From Octopus sinensis (taxonomy: Eukaryota): a stretch of 64,000 nt of DNA. The first letter of the stretch is position 1. Each line of letters starts with the position of its first letter. The DNA lies in assembly GCF_006345805.1 (NCBI RefSeq), contig NC_043000.1:103230001-103294000 (forward strand), in the 5' to 3' direction. A model generated the notes under the pieces. The model ran no database searches, was not told where the DNA came from, and saw nothing but the letters and a program-made list of their open reading frames with translations. This document shows positions 50,153 to 63,113 of the stretch, piece by piece. Position numbers and translations under genes: made by a program.

Positions 50153-50702
<550 letters not shown>

Positions 50703-50800
50703 CAACAAATTGAGGGTAAAATTAATTAGTTATTAATCAATTTCACCAAGTTCAGTATGTAAAAGGACCATTTAAGGCGAATTCAAAATATTACATTATA

Positions 50801-51244
50801 TAATTAGGGCTTAGTAAAATAAATTACTTTGCCACATACTGAACTTTCTAGAAATAGCAGGGTGGAAGGGGAGAGCAGTGAATCTTCGCTTGCACATTTT
50901 GAATTTGTTAGTACTGGCAGTCTGAACGGGTCATCTGAGGTGATAAGTCGCCAAAGGGTATGTTCTTTCTTTTTAGTGCTTCCAAATCCAAAATAAGAAA
51001 TGTTGAGCTGACGAAAGAAATGCTGAGTTTATTTAGCTAATCTAGAAACGTTAACGTTCTCAAATAATCTTTGTACTTGTGATTTTTCTGTTTTACCTCC
51101 ATACCTTCGTGAGTTATTTGAGTAAACATTATCTGAGAGAAATTTTCTTTTTTAAGTAGTGGAAATGGCTAAAAAACTTTTTTGGCTGCTATTTCTAGAA
51201 AGTTCAGTATGTGGCAAAAGTAATTTTTTACTAAGCCCTAATTA
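50801..51244. mobile_element. MITE-like element with ~60-bp TIRs
   Basis: 50801-50860 (TAATTAGGGCTTAGTAAAA..CTAGAAATAGCAG) is the reverse complement of 51186-51244. Confidence 0.8.
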
Positions 51245-51256
51245 ATAATATAGATA

Positions 51257-51300
<44 letters not shown>

Positions 51301-51779
51301 TATATAATATATATATACACACATGAATCGTGCTTATAACTGACGAGCAGAAAGGAAGAAAAGAAAGAAGAAAGACGCAATAATAAGACAAGTTATTAAA
51401 TTATATAATAAATAATTATTTTAAAACAAATATAACAAAGTTAGAGTTAGCTGACGCGAAATCAATGCCACACGCACAAGAGTAGGTCATCGCAATAAAA
51501 TGAACACTGCCATAAAGAATAAGCAACGAAGGTTAAAAAGATGCAATGAAATAAAAATAAAGTAAAACGAAAAGGCTGCAAGTAATATAAACTTGGAATA
51601 TAAAACAATTTAATATATTATGAATATTATATAGGCAGTTAGGCTAAAGCCCAGCTGTTTCTTCTTGAAGCACATCTGCTTATTCCATTATTAGAATCAA
51701 TAAGTATCCATGGTTGCTGCTGTATGTTAGTCAAAATACATATTGAAATTGAGAATTATGGAAATGATTTTCAGAGTTA

Positions 51780-51972
51780 TCGTATAACAAAACAGGAAAG
51801 TGAAAATGTTTTGGTATTATTTATTCTCCATTACATGCGTTTCGTTGCTAATAGGTATTACAAAAATAGACATATAAGGAATTTACTACTAGAAATTCGT
51901 CTGTGAGAGAAAGTTCTTTTGTAATAAAAATAATCTTTTTACTTATTATTATTAAAAAATTTCTTTTTTTTT

Positions 51973-52007
<35 letters not shown>

Positions 52008-52140
52008 CGTATTTTTAAGGGGAAAATCCTTACAAGTCTATCTAATATGTAAATCTTTGTAATTCCTATTAGCAAATGAAACATATGTAATGGAGAGTAA
52101 ATGATACCAAAAATTGTCCATTTTCCTGCTTGTTTCATAT
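51780..52140. repeat. Older fold-back (arms ~100 bp) with hammerhead 3'-half motifs
   Basis: 51780-51880 is the reverse complement of 52030-52140; GAAAC-ATAT-GTA at 52078-52089 and GAAAC-GCAT-GTA on the minus strand at 51832-51843. Confidence 0.7.
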
Positions 52141-52677
52141 AATATGATATGAATATATAAAAAATTAATAATACTCATCGGAAAGATTATGATAAAAAGC
52201 AAAAGAAAATACTGTACATTCCATATATAAGATACATAAATCACAAATGAAAAAAATATTTAAGAGAGTAGACAAATAATGTATATATAAATATATATAT
52301 AAATTTGGAAGGTAAGTGACCAGACTGCGAGCATGTATTTGTAGTTACAATTCATTTGATACACATAATAGACGCGAGCAAGCCCAATTCTTCATCTGTT
52401 ATGGTCGAAATAACCCCAGGATTTCGACACCTATGATAATGTTTATCAATTTGGCGGCACCTGCAACAAAAGCTGCTGGGTAGAAATGAACTGACATGAA
52501 AGAAGATATATACATACAGACAGACACATGCATATGTGTGTATGTGTGTATGATGGTATATATATCTGTGTGTGTGTTTTTGTCTTCTATATTTTATCTT
52601 TTATCTATTATTTGTTTTAGTCATTAGACAGAAGATTTGAGCAATTAGAAGGTCGTCTATAGCCAATCCCATGTGAA

Positions 52678-53005
52678 GGCGCATAGCTCAGTGGTTAGAG
52701 CGTCGGGCTCACAATCATGAGGTAGTGAGTTCGATTCCTGGACCAGCTGCATGTTGTGCTCTTGAACAAGATACTTTATTTCATGTTGCTCCATTTCACT
52801 CAGCTATAAAAGTGAGTTGCGACGTGACTAGTACCAAACTGCATTCGCCTTTGCCTTTCCCTTGGATAACATCGGTGGCGCAGAGAGGCTGATATGCATA
52901 GGCGACTGCTGGTCTTTCATAAACAACCTTGCTCGGACTTGTGCCTCGGAGGGTAACTTTCTAGGTGCAATCTCATGGTTGTTCATGACCGAGGGTTGTC
53001 CTTAT
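52678..53005 (+). mobile_element. Full-length SINE family B (tRNA head plus CORE-like domain)
   Basis: GGCGCATAGCTCAGTGGTTAGAGC (A box), GAGTTCGATTCC (B box), CTCTTGAACAAGATACTTTATTTCATGTTGCTCCA central block. Confidence 0.9.
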
Positions 53006-53529
53006 AACCACTCCCAACCGTCCACATTGTACTCAGTACACATATAGATTACCTTCGCCTCCATGGGACGGTACCACCCACTTTCAGAAGCACTGCTTTA
53101 GAAAGAAAGGGCGCTTCTAGATATCGAGATGTTTTCAGATTGGAAACCTGGTCCAAATGTTTTCAAAAATTCGCTTTTGCTAAAAGGACACAAGGGTCAA
53201 GTGATGCTAAACCAGGTGACACATTAAGTATTCCAACGAAGCTTAGAGAGCGCGTCGCACAAAAGATGTTCTCACTTACTTATGCTACACACTTTACTAA
53301 AAATTCTTGAATTTATTGCTAAAAAAATAATACATTTGGTCTCTAAAATTTTTTCAAGTTAAATGGCTCTTCAACTTTTCGACTAGAGAATTTCGAAAAA
53401 CTTTGAATCCTAAAGGAATTTTAAAAAAACACAGAGAAAAAAGTCAGTTTCTTTAATAAAATGAAAAATAAACAAAAGCAAAAGAAAAACAAAATGAACA
53501 CCGTTCAGAATATAAATGCTTGACATGTG

Positions 53530-53643
53530 TCAGTCTAAGCACCCGTTCACATTTTTATCATCGTCATCGTTACCACCATCATACCCATCATCACCACCAC
53601 CATCACCACCACCACCACCACCACCACCACCACCACCACCACC

Positions 53644-53696
<53 letters not shown>

Positions 53697-53730
53697 CATC
53701 ATCATCACCGTCATTGTCGTCGTCATCATA
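53530..53730. repeat. (CAT)n/(CAC)n trinucleotide array
   Basis: Direct reading; source of the poly-His and poly-Pro ORFs. Confidence 0.95.
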
Positions 53731-54058
53731 TCATTTTCGAGGTCACCATTGTAATTATCAGCCCTATTTCCCCCCTTTACCCCACAATTGTCAACAATGC
53801 CCTTCCTTTTCTGACCATTCTCATCAATAACGCCCTTCCTTCACTTTATCATCCTCATCATCATCATCATCGTCATTACTATTGTCATCATCATAGTGAC
53901 CGCCAACACCACTACCATCTCACCATCATGATGATCCTCATCATTATCATCTGTATCAGCTTCAACATTCTTATCGTTTTGCTGAACATCGTTATCATAA
54001 TCATTGTCACAGTCGAAGTCGTCATCATAATGTTCTTAAGCACACTAACATGCCACAC

Positions 54059-54131
<73 letters not shown>

Positions 54132-54423
54132 CTCTTTATCCTTCCCTACTTCACAATACCCTATTTTCCCAAACTTTCAGATGTTCAAACTAAAGACATA
54201 TTTCGATTCGTTTTTCATTAGAACATACACCATTATATATCTCGCGCTCCACAACAATTACAGTGTTTATTATAGGGGTCACGGTAATACTCTGAAGAGT
54301 TTCAGGGGTTAAGACGATGAAAAAGGTTAAGAACCACTGCTATAGGCAAATATATTCTACTGACTTATACTTTGTTAGTGAATTTGGTAGATGGAAACTG
54401 CGAGAGAAAGCCCGTCGCGTATA

Positions 54424-55500
54424 TCAGGTTGAGTAAAAAGTAAGCGACATTTTGAACCATAAAGAATTTGTATTGGATTTTTGCAGAATTTTGAATTTTT
54501 TTAAACATTTTTTTTCAAGTGTCTGATGATTCAGACATAGACATATTCAAAATGTATCAATAAATTAATATCGATATTTTTTCACCGTTGTTACAATCAT
54601 CTGAAATGGAATTGTCAAAGCGCGATATTCGAGTAGTTTTGCTATCCAACTTCAAAAATGGAGGTAAAGCATCTGAAACTGCTCGCGATATCAACGAAAC
54701 GTTTAGTGAGGAAATGACGAGTGAGTGGTCAGCTCGAATACGGTTTAAAAGATTTCGCAGTGGAGACCTGAGCCTTGAAGATCGTGAGCGTAGTGGACGC
54801 CCATATGTCATCGATGACGGTCAATTAAAGACAGTCATTGAGAAAGATCCACGTAAAACTATTCGAGAACTGGCAAAAGAACTTCAAGTTAGCCAGAAAA
54901 CTGCCTGCAACCAAAATAAAAAAAAAGCTCGACAAATGGGTACCACACGATTTGAATGAAAATCAGAAAATGCGCAGATATGAAACTTGCCCGTCGCTTC
55001 TTCTCCGTAACCAGACCGATCGATTTCTTGACTGCATTGTAACTTGTGATGAAAAGTGGATGCTGTACAATAATAAAAAATGTTTTTCGCAGTGGTTGGA
55101 CCAAAATGAAGCACCGAAAACCTTCCCTGAACCACAGCTCTTCAAAAAGAAGGTGATGGTGACTGTTTGGTGGTATACTGCTGGACTCATCCACTATAAC
55201 TTCTTAAACCCGGAAAAACCACTACTGCAGAAACATATTGCCACGAAATTGCCAAAATAAACGAAAAGCTACTCCTCCCTCATCCCAGGTTGGTTAACAG
55301 AAGAGGGCTAATCATTCTTCATGACAATGCTTAACCACACGTTTCAATAATAACGCTCCAGATGCTGAGGGAACTTGGCCGCGAAGTTCTTCCCCACTCA
55401 GCTTATTCCTCAGACCTTTTTCCATTCCTCTACCACTTTTTCAAACAACTTGATGGTTTCTTCCGAGAGGAGTTCAGAAATCAATTGACTTTAAATGCAT
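54424..55500 (+). mobile_element. Decayed mariner (DD34D, Hsmar1/cecropia-like) transposon, 3'-truncated
   Basis: TA followed by left TIR TCAGGTTGAGTAAAAAGTAA; HTH region (FKRFRSGDLSLEDRERSGRP), KLDKWVPHDL, IVTCDEKW, ILHDNA, PHSAYSSDL; frameshifts and stops. Confidence 0.92.
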
Positions 55501-55756
55501 ACCTTCCGCCATCTCTCTCAATATCGTATGAAGTATTCTCAGTACTTTGCACGAGACTCTGAGTGGCGATGTAAGGAATTGACTGTTTTTAAACACATAT
55601 ATAGTAACTACTTCATGTTCTCTTTTTTTTCAATATATATAAGCCTGTATATACATACACATATATGTGGGTGTATGTACATATACATTTATACACAATC
55701 ATAAGCACATATATATATATGTAGGTTACACATACACATAATATATGCATATATCA

Positions 55757-56226
55757 GTGCGAAAGGTTTTGTTATACGGCGCCGTGTTTTACAATCCTGT
55801 AAATAATAATAATGGTATTTATATAAGCTCAAAGCTTACGACTAAGGAAAATAGTCTAATAAAGGGGCATATATATCCCCGACAGAAAAAAAAAATGCTT
55901 TCCTATTCGCGTGGGACACGAACCCACATCCCTTTATTAACGCGACTAAGTGTGTTATCTTTACACCAGCGAATTAGCCTTCACCTTCCTGTGAAATTTA
56001 TGAACTATATTAGTTCGTATTTGTTTTTATGTAAATAAACTTTCTATATGCTTTCGGTGCGAATAGTTTTGTTATGTGGTGCCGTGTTTTACAATATTGT
56101 AAATAATAATAATGGTATTTGTATAAGCTTAAAGCTTATGGCGATCACCGTGCAATGACTAAGGAAAAATGAAAAAATAGTTAATAAAGGGGCATATAAG
56201 CCCTTGACAGAAAAAAAGAAGGGTTT

Positions 56227-56228
<2 letters not shown>
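55757..56228. repeat. Diverged ~300-bp-period tandem duplication (55757-55900 and 56057-56228)
   Basis: Shared GTGCGAA..GTTTTGTTAT..GCCGTGTTTTACAAT..GTAAATAATAATAATGGTATTT..AATAAAGGGGCATAT..GACAGAAAAAAA. Confidence 0.85.
55904..55975 (-). pseudogene. 72-nt tRNA-like Pol III unit (anticodon arm degenerate) followed by an oligo-dT terminator
   Basis: Minus strand: acceptor ATTCGC/GCGAAT, D stem GTGT/ACAC, T arm GTGGG-TTCGTGT-CCCAC; anticodon stem imperfect with a 9-nt loop; T10 run 8 nt downstream (plus-strand A run 55886-55895). Confidence 0.6.
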
Positions 56229-56283
<55 letters not shown>

Positions 56284-56780
56284 GACTATAAGAACGAAGA
56301 ATATGTGGAGGAAATAGCTAGTAAAACGTTACAAGTGAATTAGAGATGAAACTTGTGGTAAATCGAAACAGACAGACTGACTAAAAGAGAAAGGGCGGTA
56401 GGTAAGCAGTTAGATAGATAAATAGAGAGAGAGAGAGGGGGGAGAGGGAGAGAGGAAAGAGGCAGACAGACAGAGAAGGAGATGGAGAGAGAGGGAAAGG
56501 GAGAGAGAGAGGTGTTAAGCGTATTTTGATCAAATCATTTTATAGAGCTGATTTAATCTGTAGTGTGAACAGCATCTTAAGTGGAGCAAGAGTGTTTTGC
56601 GAAGTATTCTTAATATTTTGTACAAAATATGGAGAAGCTGAAACCCATCATGGCAATAGTGACAGTAGTAGCTGTCAGGGTGGGTGGGGAGGGGATTTTG
56701 TATGATTGCACTTAGTTACCTTTGCTTAATGTTTAATGGCCAATACTGTAAGGCGAGTAAAATGTATCTCAATGACGATA

Positions 56781-56829
<49 letters not shown>

Positions 56830-57251
56830 GGTGGTAGTGGTGGTGGTGGCGGCGGCGGCGGCGGCGGTGGCAGCAGTAGTAGCAGTAGTTGCTGCTGTTG
56901 TTGTTGTTTAGCCCGCGGTTAATTTTCATTAAGCAAACTCACGATCAAAGGCATTCCACCCCTGTTAGTAGTAGTAGTAGTATTTCGGAGACAATTTCGT
57001 ACCTATAACTACATTATCAAATCCGTTCTTTTTTCTAAGAAAAAATGTAATTTGAGACCAATTTGACTGCTCTTTCTAGCAACTGATTTTTACAATGCGA
57101 GCTTAATACCTGAGTATACTTATCTCTGCTCTACCCATACATCTGAGGCTGGTATCATTTTATTTTTATTTTACGTGTGTGTATGCGTATACACATTCAC
57201 GCAAAATATATAATGTGTATTATGTGTGTGTGTGTGTGCTTATATATACGT

Positions 57252-57293
<42 letters not shown>

Positions 57294-57849
57294 TCCTTTT
57301 CTATTTGGCTGCCACATTTCAATTACTTCAATTTTTGTTCCAGTTGATTTCATATTTGGTGTATGATGTAATATTGTATGGTAATCATTGCCATGAAATT
57401 CATTTTCGCCATAGATCAATAAATAGTTAATAGCTTTTAAAGTTTGCAAATTTGGGATTATTTTAGCCAATCGAAAGACAGACATATAAGTGTCTGTTTT
57501 CATAGTAAGAAGCCAGGCTGTTACCAAGATGCTTACCCATGTGGTCAATACTCACAGGCTAAACAGCTAAATAGGCCTTAATTTTTTTTTCTTGCGTGAT
57601 CGTAAGAATTTCCTGTGTATAGAATGCAAGTTTGCGAAAATATTCTGAAAATTCCCCAAAATGAAAAAATGTTATGAGGAATTATATGGCGAGCGTAAAA
57701 CAGAATTCCGCCAATATTTCATTTGTTAATATTTGACAAAACGTGCAGTCATGCACAAAATAACAGTTTCCAAATCCTGTTTTCTGACTGGATAGAAATC
57801 ATGAAACATTAAACCTCTTAACTTAAAAAAAAAAAAAACTTTTCTGAGA

Positions 57850-58235
57850 AAAGTGAATTAGTCCGTGAGATTCAGCGTGGAAAATTACATCAATACACCA
57901 GGCCAAAGACATCTGGAAATTATCCATAACAGTCTCCGACTGGAAAGCCCTCCTGAACAGCCTTGCCAGTTCGTCTTCGTCGACGACTAGGGTTTCCCCG
58001 AGGACGTCGTCGCACTTCTCCGCTATTAATCTGCCAGACTTGTAGAGGACAGTGAGCGCCTGACGACATTCTAAGTGCCAGGCCAATCTCTTACCCAGGA
58101 CTGCAGCTACGTCAAGGAGACGAGCTGCAGAAAGGCGTGTCTCACAAATGGAGCCCACACACGTTCACCGTCTAGAAATCGCTGCAGATGGTGCAACCTG
58201 AGTGCGTGTCTGCGCATTAAAATCCATAGCATGCC
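57850..58235 (-). mobile_element. L1/Tx1-clade ORF2 fragment (third subfamily)
   Basis: WHLECRQAL..CDDVLGETLVVDEDELARLFRRAF..MDNFQMSLAW, homologous to 13210-13870 and 62257-62850. Confidence 0.82.
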
Positions 58236-58266
<31 letters not shown>

Positions 58267-59224
58267 AAGAAGAAGAAGACGATGTGCAAAAGATTGTTTT
58301 AATTGGTACGTCACACGTATTAAGTCAGTATTTCGCCGTGAGAACGATAAACGATAACCTTCCACGTAATTATATATTTTTTTACATTACTTTGATTTTG
58401 TAAATCAACAATCTCGTGTGCTTATTTTAATGGCCTATCAATGAATACAGTGAGTGTCTTTGCCCTAGGTGTCGGGAAGATGCATGGTAAGAAACGGAAA
58501 GGAAATTGAAAGAAAAAGAAAAAATTCATAATGAGGATGACGATGATGAAGATTATGAGAAGAACATGAAAAACTACAACAACAATGACAAAAATAGCAA
58601 CAACAGTTCAATTGTGGGAAAGGATTGGTAATTATATCCATTCCATCTTCGTGAAAGTCTTATATCATTAAGGAATGTATCGCCTCCTCCACTTCATTAT
58701 GCACATTGGCACCCACCCACTTCTGATACTGTGTTTGTTTAGGCCTTATCCCATGCATGTTTGACGTGAACTGTGTTCACCACGCGTGCAAGCATGCGTT
58801 AGTTGCATGAAAAATAAAAAATCAAGATATAAAAACGAATCGCTGTAAACATTGTAGAAATTTGGCAAAAAAATGAATTTTCGGGATGTAGCCTGGAGGG
58901 TTTTTTCGTATTAATCGTTTGGACTTTGTGAACACATACCAATTGTTTTCATAACATTTTTAACGCTTTGAATTAAATGTGACCATTTTGCGTTGAGTCT
59001 GCAGTTTGAATCACTTTAACCAAATTTTAGCAGGCCGGATTTTTGATCATCACGATACATCGCCAGCGGCTCCCTGAAACTCTCCCCTGAAATCCCCGTT
59101 GAGAAATCTATATATATAAAACTCAACTTGTGTGTCTGTGTGTGTATCTGTGTGTGTGTCTGTATGTTTAACTTTTGGATCTACCAAGTTTCATTATTAA
59201 GGATGGAAAGTAGTGTGTAGCAAA

Positions 59225-59612
59225 TCTCTATATATAAAGCTGGAGTTATCTGTGTGTGGCAGGTTTGGTAGCCTTCAACTAACACTATCTCCTTCGAGAC
59301 CCTGCGCGGAAGTTGACCAAAATTGAGAGTATGATAGAAGAAGGCTTGCTCTTCATTCTGTAGAAGATAAAATTCAAATCGGACCGTGTTCACACCAAAA
59401 ATTATTTACATCAAAAAGGTGCTTTTTTTCTATGAAAATCCCTATTTTTTACGATTTTTGACTGCTGTGTCACCATTTTTCGATGAATTTCAACTGGGAA
59501 AATGTTCACTTGAAAAGAATAACAAGTTGCATAATGCAAAATTTTAACTTTTCAAAAATTCCAATTCTAAAGGGTCGAAACAAACCCAAGCAACACCGGG
59601 TGATACTGCTAG
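59225..59612 (+). mobile_element. Non-autonomous Helitron, third body type (a second Helitron-like 5' start lies at 59107)
   Basis: A|TC start; 3' ACAAACCCAAGCAACACCGGGTGATACTGCTAG|T. Confidence 0.8.
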
Positions 59613-59685
59613 TATACATATATAGATGTACATATAATATGTACACATATATATTCACATATATACATGCATACATATATACACC

Positions 59686-59717
<32 letters not shown>

Positions 59718-59726
<9 letters not shown>

Positions 59727-60060
59727 GTGTGGCTGTGTGGTAACAAACTTCGTTCCAAAACACATGGTCCTCAGTTCAGTCCCACAGTGTGATGACTTGG
59801 CATGTGTCTTCTGCTATAGCCTCAGGCCAACCAAAGCCTTGTCAGTGGATTTTGTAGACAGAAACTGAAAAAAATCAATCGTATATATATGAATGTATAT
59901 ATGTAAGTCTGTGTGTGTGTCTTTGTATTTCTCCCCCATCACTGCCTCACACCTGGTGTTCGTTTATTTACATCCCCATAACTTACTGATTTCACAAGAA
60001 GAAACTGATAGAATAAGTACCAGGCTTATCAAAATAAAAAAAACAACTAGGCAGTATCTC
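59718..60060 (+). mobile_element. SINE family C, diverged
   Basis: GGTGCAGGTGTGGCTGTGTGGTAAC head through GATAGAATAAGTACCAGGCTT. Confidence 0.85.
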
Positions 60061-60109
60061 ATGTTTTTGTTTGCCCACTCAGTTGCATCTATCAATTTAT
60101 CTTTGTGTG

Positions 60110-60141
<32 letters not shown>

Positions 60142-60144
<3 letters not shown>

Positions 60145-61280
60145 TGGGGGAAAATAAATATTCATACATGTCAAAATTCTTTATTTAATTTCTAATAAAC
60201 ATAAATGGGATATACCAATACTTTATTTGCATACACATGCATAAACTAAGAATATGCAAAAGAAACTAATAAATTATAGTAACTAATAAATTTATATACA
60301 ATTATAAATATTTAGGGGTGAAAAAAGTAATCGTTGAGAATAAATTTATGATTTTCTATGCCACAAAATACTGTTAAAATAATTTTTTTTTTCTAGAACT
60401 TTCTCGTTTGTTCCAATAATTTTATCAGTTGTCATTTTTAAGTGTCAAAACACTAGCTTCTTCATTCAGCATTGAGACAACATAAAGTAGCATCGTAATT
60501 ATGGCGAAAAGTAAAGAACTCAAATTCAGTGAAAAACTTAATTATTGAACAGTGGAAAGCAGGTAAAAGTGATCAACAACCCATTTTTGTAGACTTCGCC
60601 GTGTGCTTAGGATCGTTATCCTCTTGTAAAACCCACTCTTCATTTATTCATTTATTCAAATATATAAAAAAATTGGGAACTGTTGGAAACAGAATAAGAT
60701 CCCATGCACCATGCAAGATTTCCCCAAGATCTTTAAGATAAATGAAGCGAAGAATCGGAAAAAACGCATTGATCACCAGAAAGGAGTTGCAAGAAGATTT
60801 GTTAGCTTCAGGGAATAGTGATACACTGCGAATAATCAGCAATGAACTTCATAAGAATGAACTGAAGTCACGCTCTCCTAGAAACACTCCGCTGTTGACT
60901 AAAAAGCATAGAGATGCCCTTTTAAAATTTGTTTATGAACATAAAGATAAATCTGATACATTCTGGGAAAATGTTCTATGGACAGACGAGTCGAAGATTG
61001 AATTGTTTGGAGCCATGTTCGGAGGAAAGATGGTACGACATATTCGCCAAAAACACAATTCCTACCCTCAAGTTTGGAGGTGGCAACATCATGGTGTGGG
61101 GGTATTTCTCTGCAAATGGTACTGGCAATTTACATGTGATAGATGGTAGAATGAATGCAGAGATGTACCAAAATATTTTGAACAACGAATACTTTTTTCA
61201 CCCCTAAATATTTATTATTGAATATAAATTCCTTAGTTACTATAATTTATAAGTTTCTTTTGCATATTCTTAGTTTATAT
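60142..61280 (+). mobile_element. Tc1-family (DD34E, long-IR type) transposon, internally deleted and decayed
   Basis: TA followed by CAGTGGGGGAAAATAAATATT; ~60240-60335 recurs inverted at ~61188-61280; paired-like HTH remnants, [27 protein letters not shown]. Confidence 0.9.
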
Positions 61281-61289
61281 ACATACATA

Positions 61290-61435
61290 CGACTGGCTTC
61301 TTTCAGTATCCGTCGGCCAAATCCACTCACAAGGCTTTGGTCGGCCCGAGGCTATAGTAGAAGACACTTGTCCAAGGTGCCACGCAGTGGGACGGAACCC
61401 GGGACCATGTGGTTCGTAAGGAAGCTACTTATATT
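61290..61435 (-). mobile_element. SINE C, 5' half
   Basis: Reverse complement of the family C head; interrupts the right IR of the Tc1 element. Confidence 0.85.
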
Positions 61436-61958
61436 TATAAATGTAGATATAAATATAAAGTATTAGTAGAAAGAGGTATATATAAACCAGAATAGAAAAT
61501 ACATCTTAGGCATAAAATATGAGAAAAGATGAGATATTAAGGTGTAATATTCTTGAAACCTACTAGAATGGAACTTGTATGTATGAATTTATATGTACAT
61601 ATATATATTAAACGAGAATTTTAATAGAAATAAAGCTTCAGTATATAGCACAACTGTTGTTTCGCCCGCATATTTGCTAAAGATTAATAAATTTGATATC
61701 CGAGAAAAATTTCAGATATTTGTCTTAAAGTATTCAGAAAAGCATTATAAAATCTCAGAATGAGATGTAAACAGTAATCGCTCGATAATGTAAAGTATAG
61801 AAGCCATCTTAATATGGCTAACCACATAGGGGAGGGGGTGTTACTGTAGCTCTATAGCCCCAGGAGATCGTCGTCTCCGGCTGGCTTTAGACACCATTTC
61901 AGTGCTCTTGAAGTATTTGCAAAGGGAGGCCATCCCTTTCTCGCAAGCCTGAGTGATA

Positions 61959-62001
61959 CGCTCGGACTAGTTTCGGGATTTTTGTCCCTTATCAACGGGC
62001 G
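61959..62001 (-). ncRNA. Type I hammerhead, U3-A8 variant, in a Penelope-like pLTR (61800-62005)
   Basis: Minus strand CGCCCG-TTGATAA-GGGA-caaaaa-TCCC-GAAAC-TA-GTC-CGAGCG; ACTAGT palindrome; predicted cut after 61965. Confidence 0.75.
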
Positions 62002-62019
62002 GTAACTACCAGGTCGCGA

Positions 62020-62850
62020 TTAATTCTTTATTACGATTATAAAATCAGTACATAGAAGAACAATACAGGACATACATACAAAAAACAGTTAAGTGGTTCG
62101 TTTAAAAATTTCCAAAATATATGGATTATTCATTATACAAAAAACTGTATTTAAATTGTCCTTTGCATTACATTAGATTGAAATCTTACCGATATATTTT
62201 AAACCCCGGCAACCTATAAGGCCCCGCAGCTTTCCTTTCCTCTTCTCCATCCATAGTTAAACTGGGTTTCTGACACCCACCTTTTTCGCCACTTCTTTCC
62301 ATCTTTTTTCATACACACCTCGTAGTAAGGTCTTCTTTTCCAGCCCCATTTTGCTCTTCATATGATATCTGAAGTAAGTGAGTAAGCCGGGGCCTGAGAC
62401 AAATGATCTTATTGCGACTCCTTCCATTCTTGTACGCCACATGCATTCTTTTACTACTGCAACCGTGCAGTGAAAACCTGCCTCACCTTCCTTCGAGAGT
62501 CCAGTTGGCGGTATCATCTTAATCATAGACTCAGCCGACAGCTGTACTCGTCCCAGATGCGATAACACGTGTTCTGCGTAACTTATCAAGTCTGACAACT
62601 GCCGACAGTGTACAAAAGCGTGCTGGACGGTTTCATCGTCCAACCCGCATCTTGGACATGTCGGTGGCACTGAAATTCCGTGCCGCGATAACTTCTCGCG
62701 AACAGGTAAAGCATTCCTATTACACTGCCAGGCCAGGGATCTTCGGAAATTATCCAAATACCCCGTCCTGAAAGTCTTTTTAAACAGGTTGGTAAGCTGG
62801 TCTTCGTCGAACCCCAGAGCCCCTCCTAGGACGTCGTCTTTGCAAATACA
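62020..62850 (-). mobile_element. 3' end of an L1/Tx1-clade LINE with open C-terminal frame (62257-62850) and 3' UTR
   Basis: DDVLGGALGFDEDQL..LAWQCNRNALPVREKL..CPRCGLDDETVQHAFVHC (CCHC domain); the UTR ends TAATAAAGAATTAAT. Confidence 0.88.
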
Positions 62851-62942
62851 TAAGAGTTTTTCTAGTGACTTCTGTCACTGATTTCGAAAAACTGACTGTA
62901 AGCATTATTAAATATCTTATATATTTGCAAAGCAGCCTTGTC

Positions 62943-63014
<72 letters not shown>

Positions 63015-63046
63015 TGTGTGTGTGTGTTGTGTGTGTGGTGTGTGTG

Positions 63047-63078
<32 letters not shown>

Positions 63079-63081
63079 ATG

Positions 63082-63113
<32 letters not shown>

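Noticed and set aside
52678-52750. tRNA gene
   Set aside because: A and B boxes are present, but the arms pair poorly and the sequence continues into a SINE body found elsewhere in the window.
54424-55500. Domesticated SETMAR-like gene
   Set aside because: Multiple frameshifts and stops, no SET domain, TIR retained: a transposon fossil.
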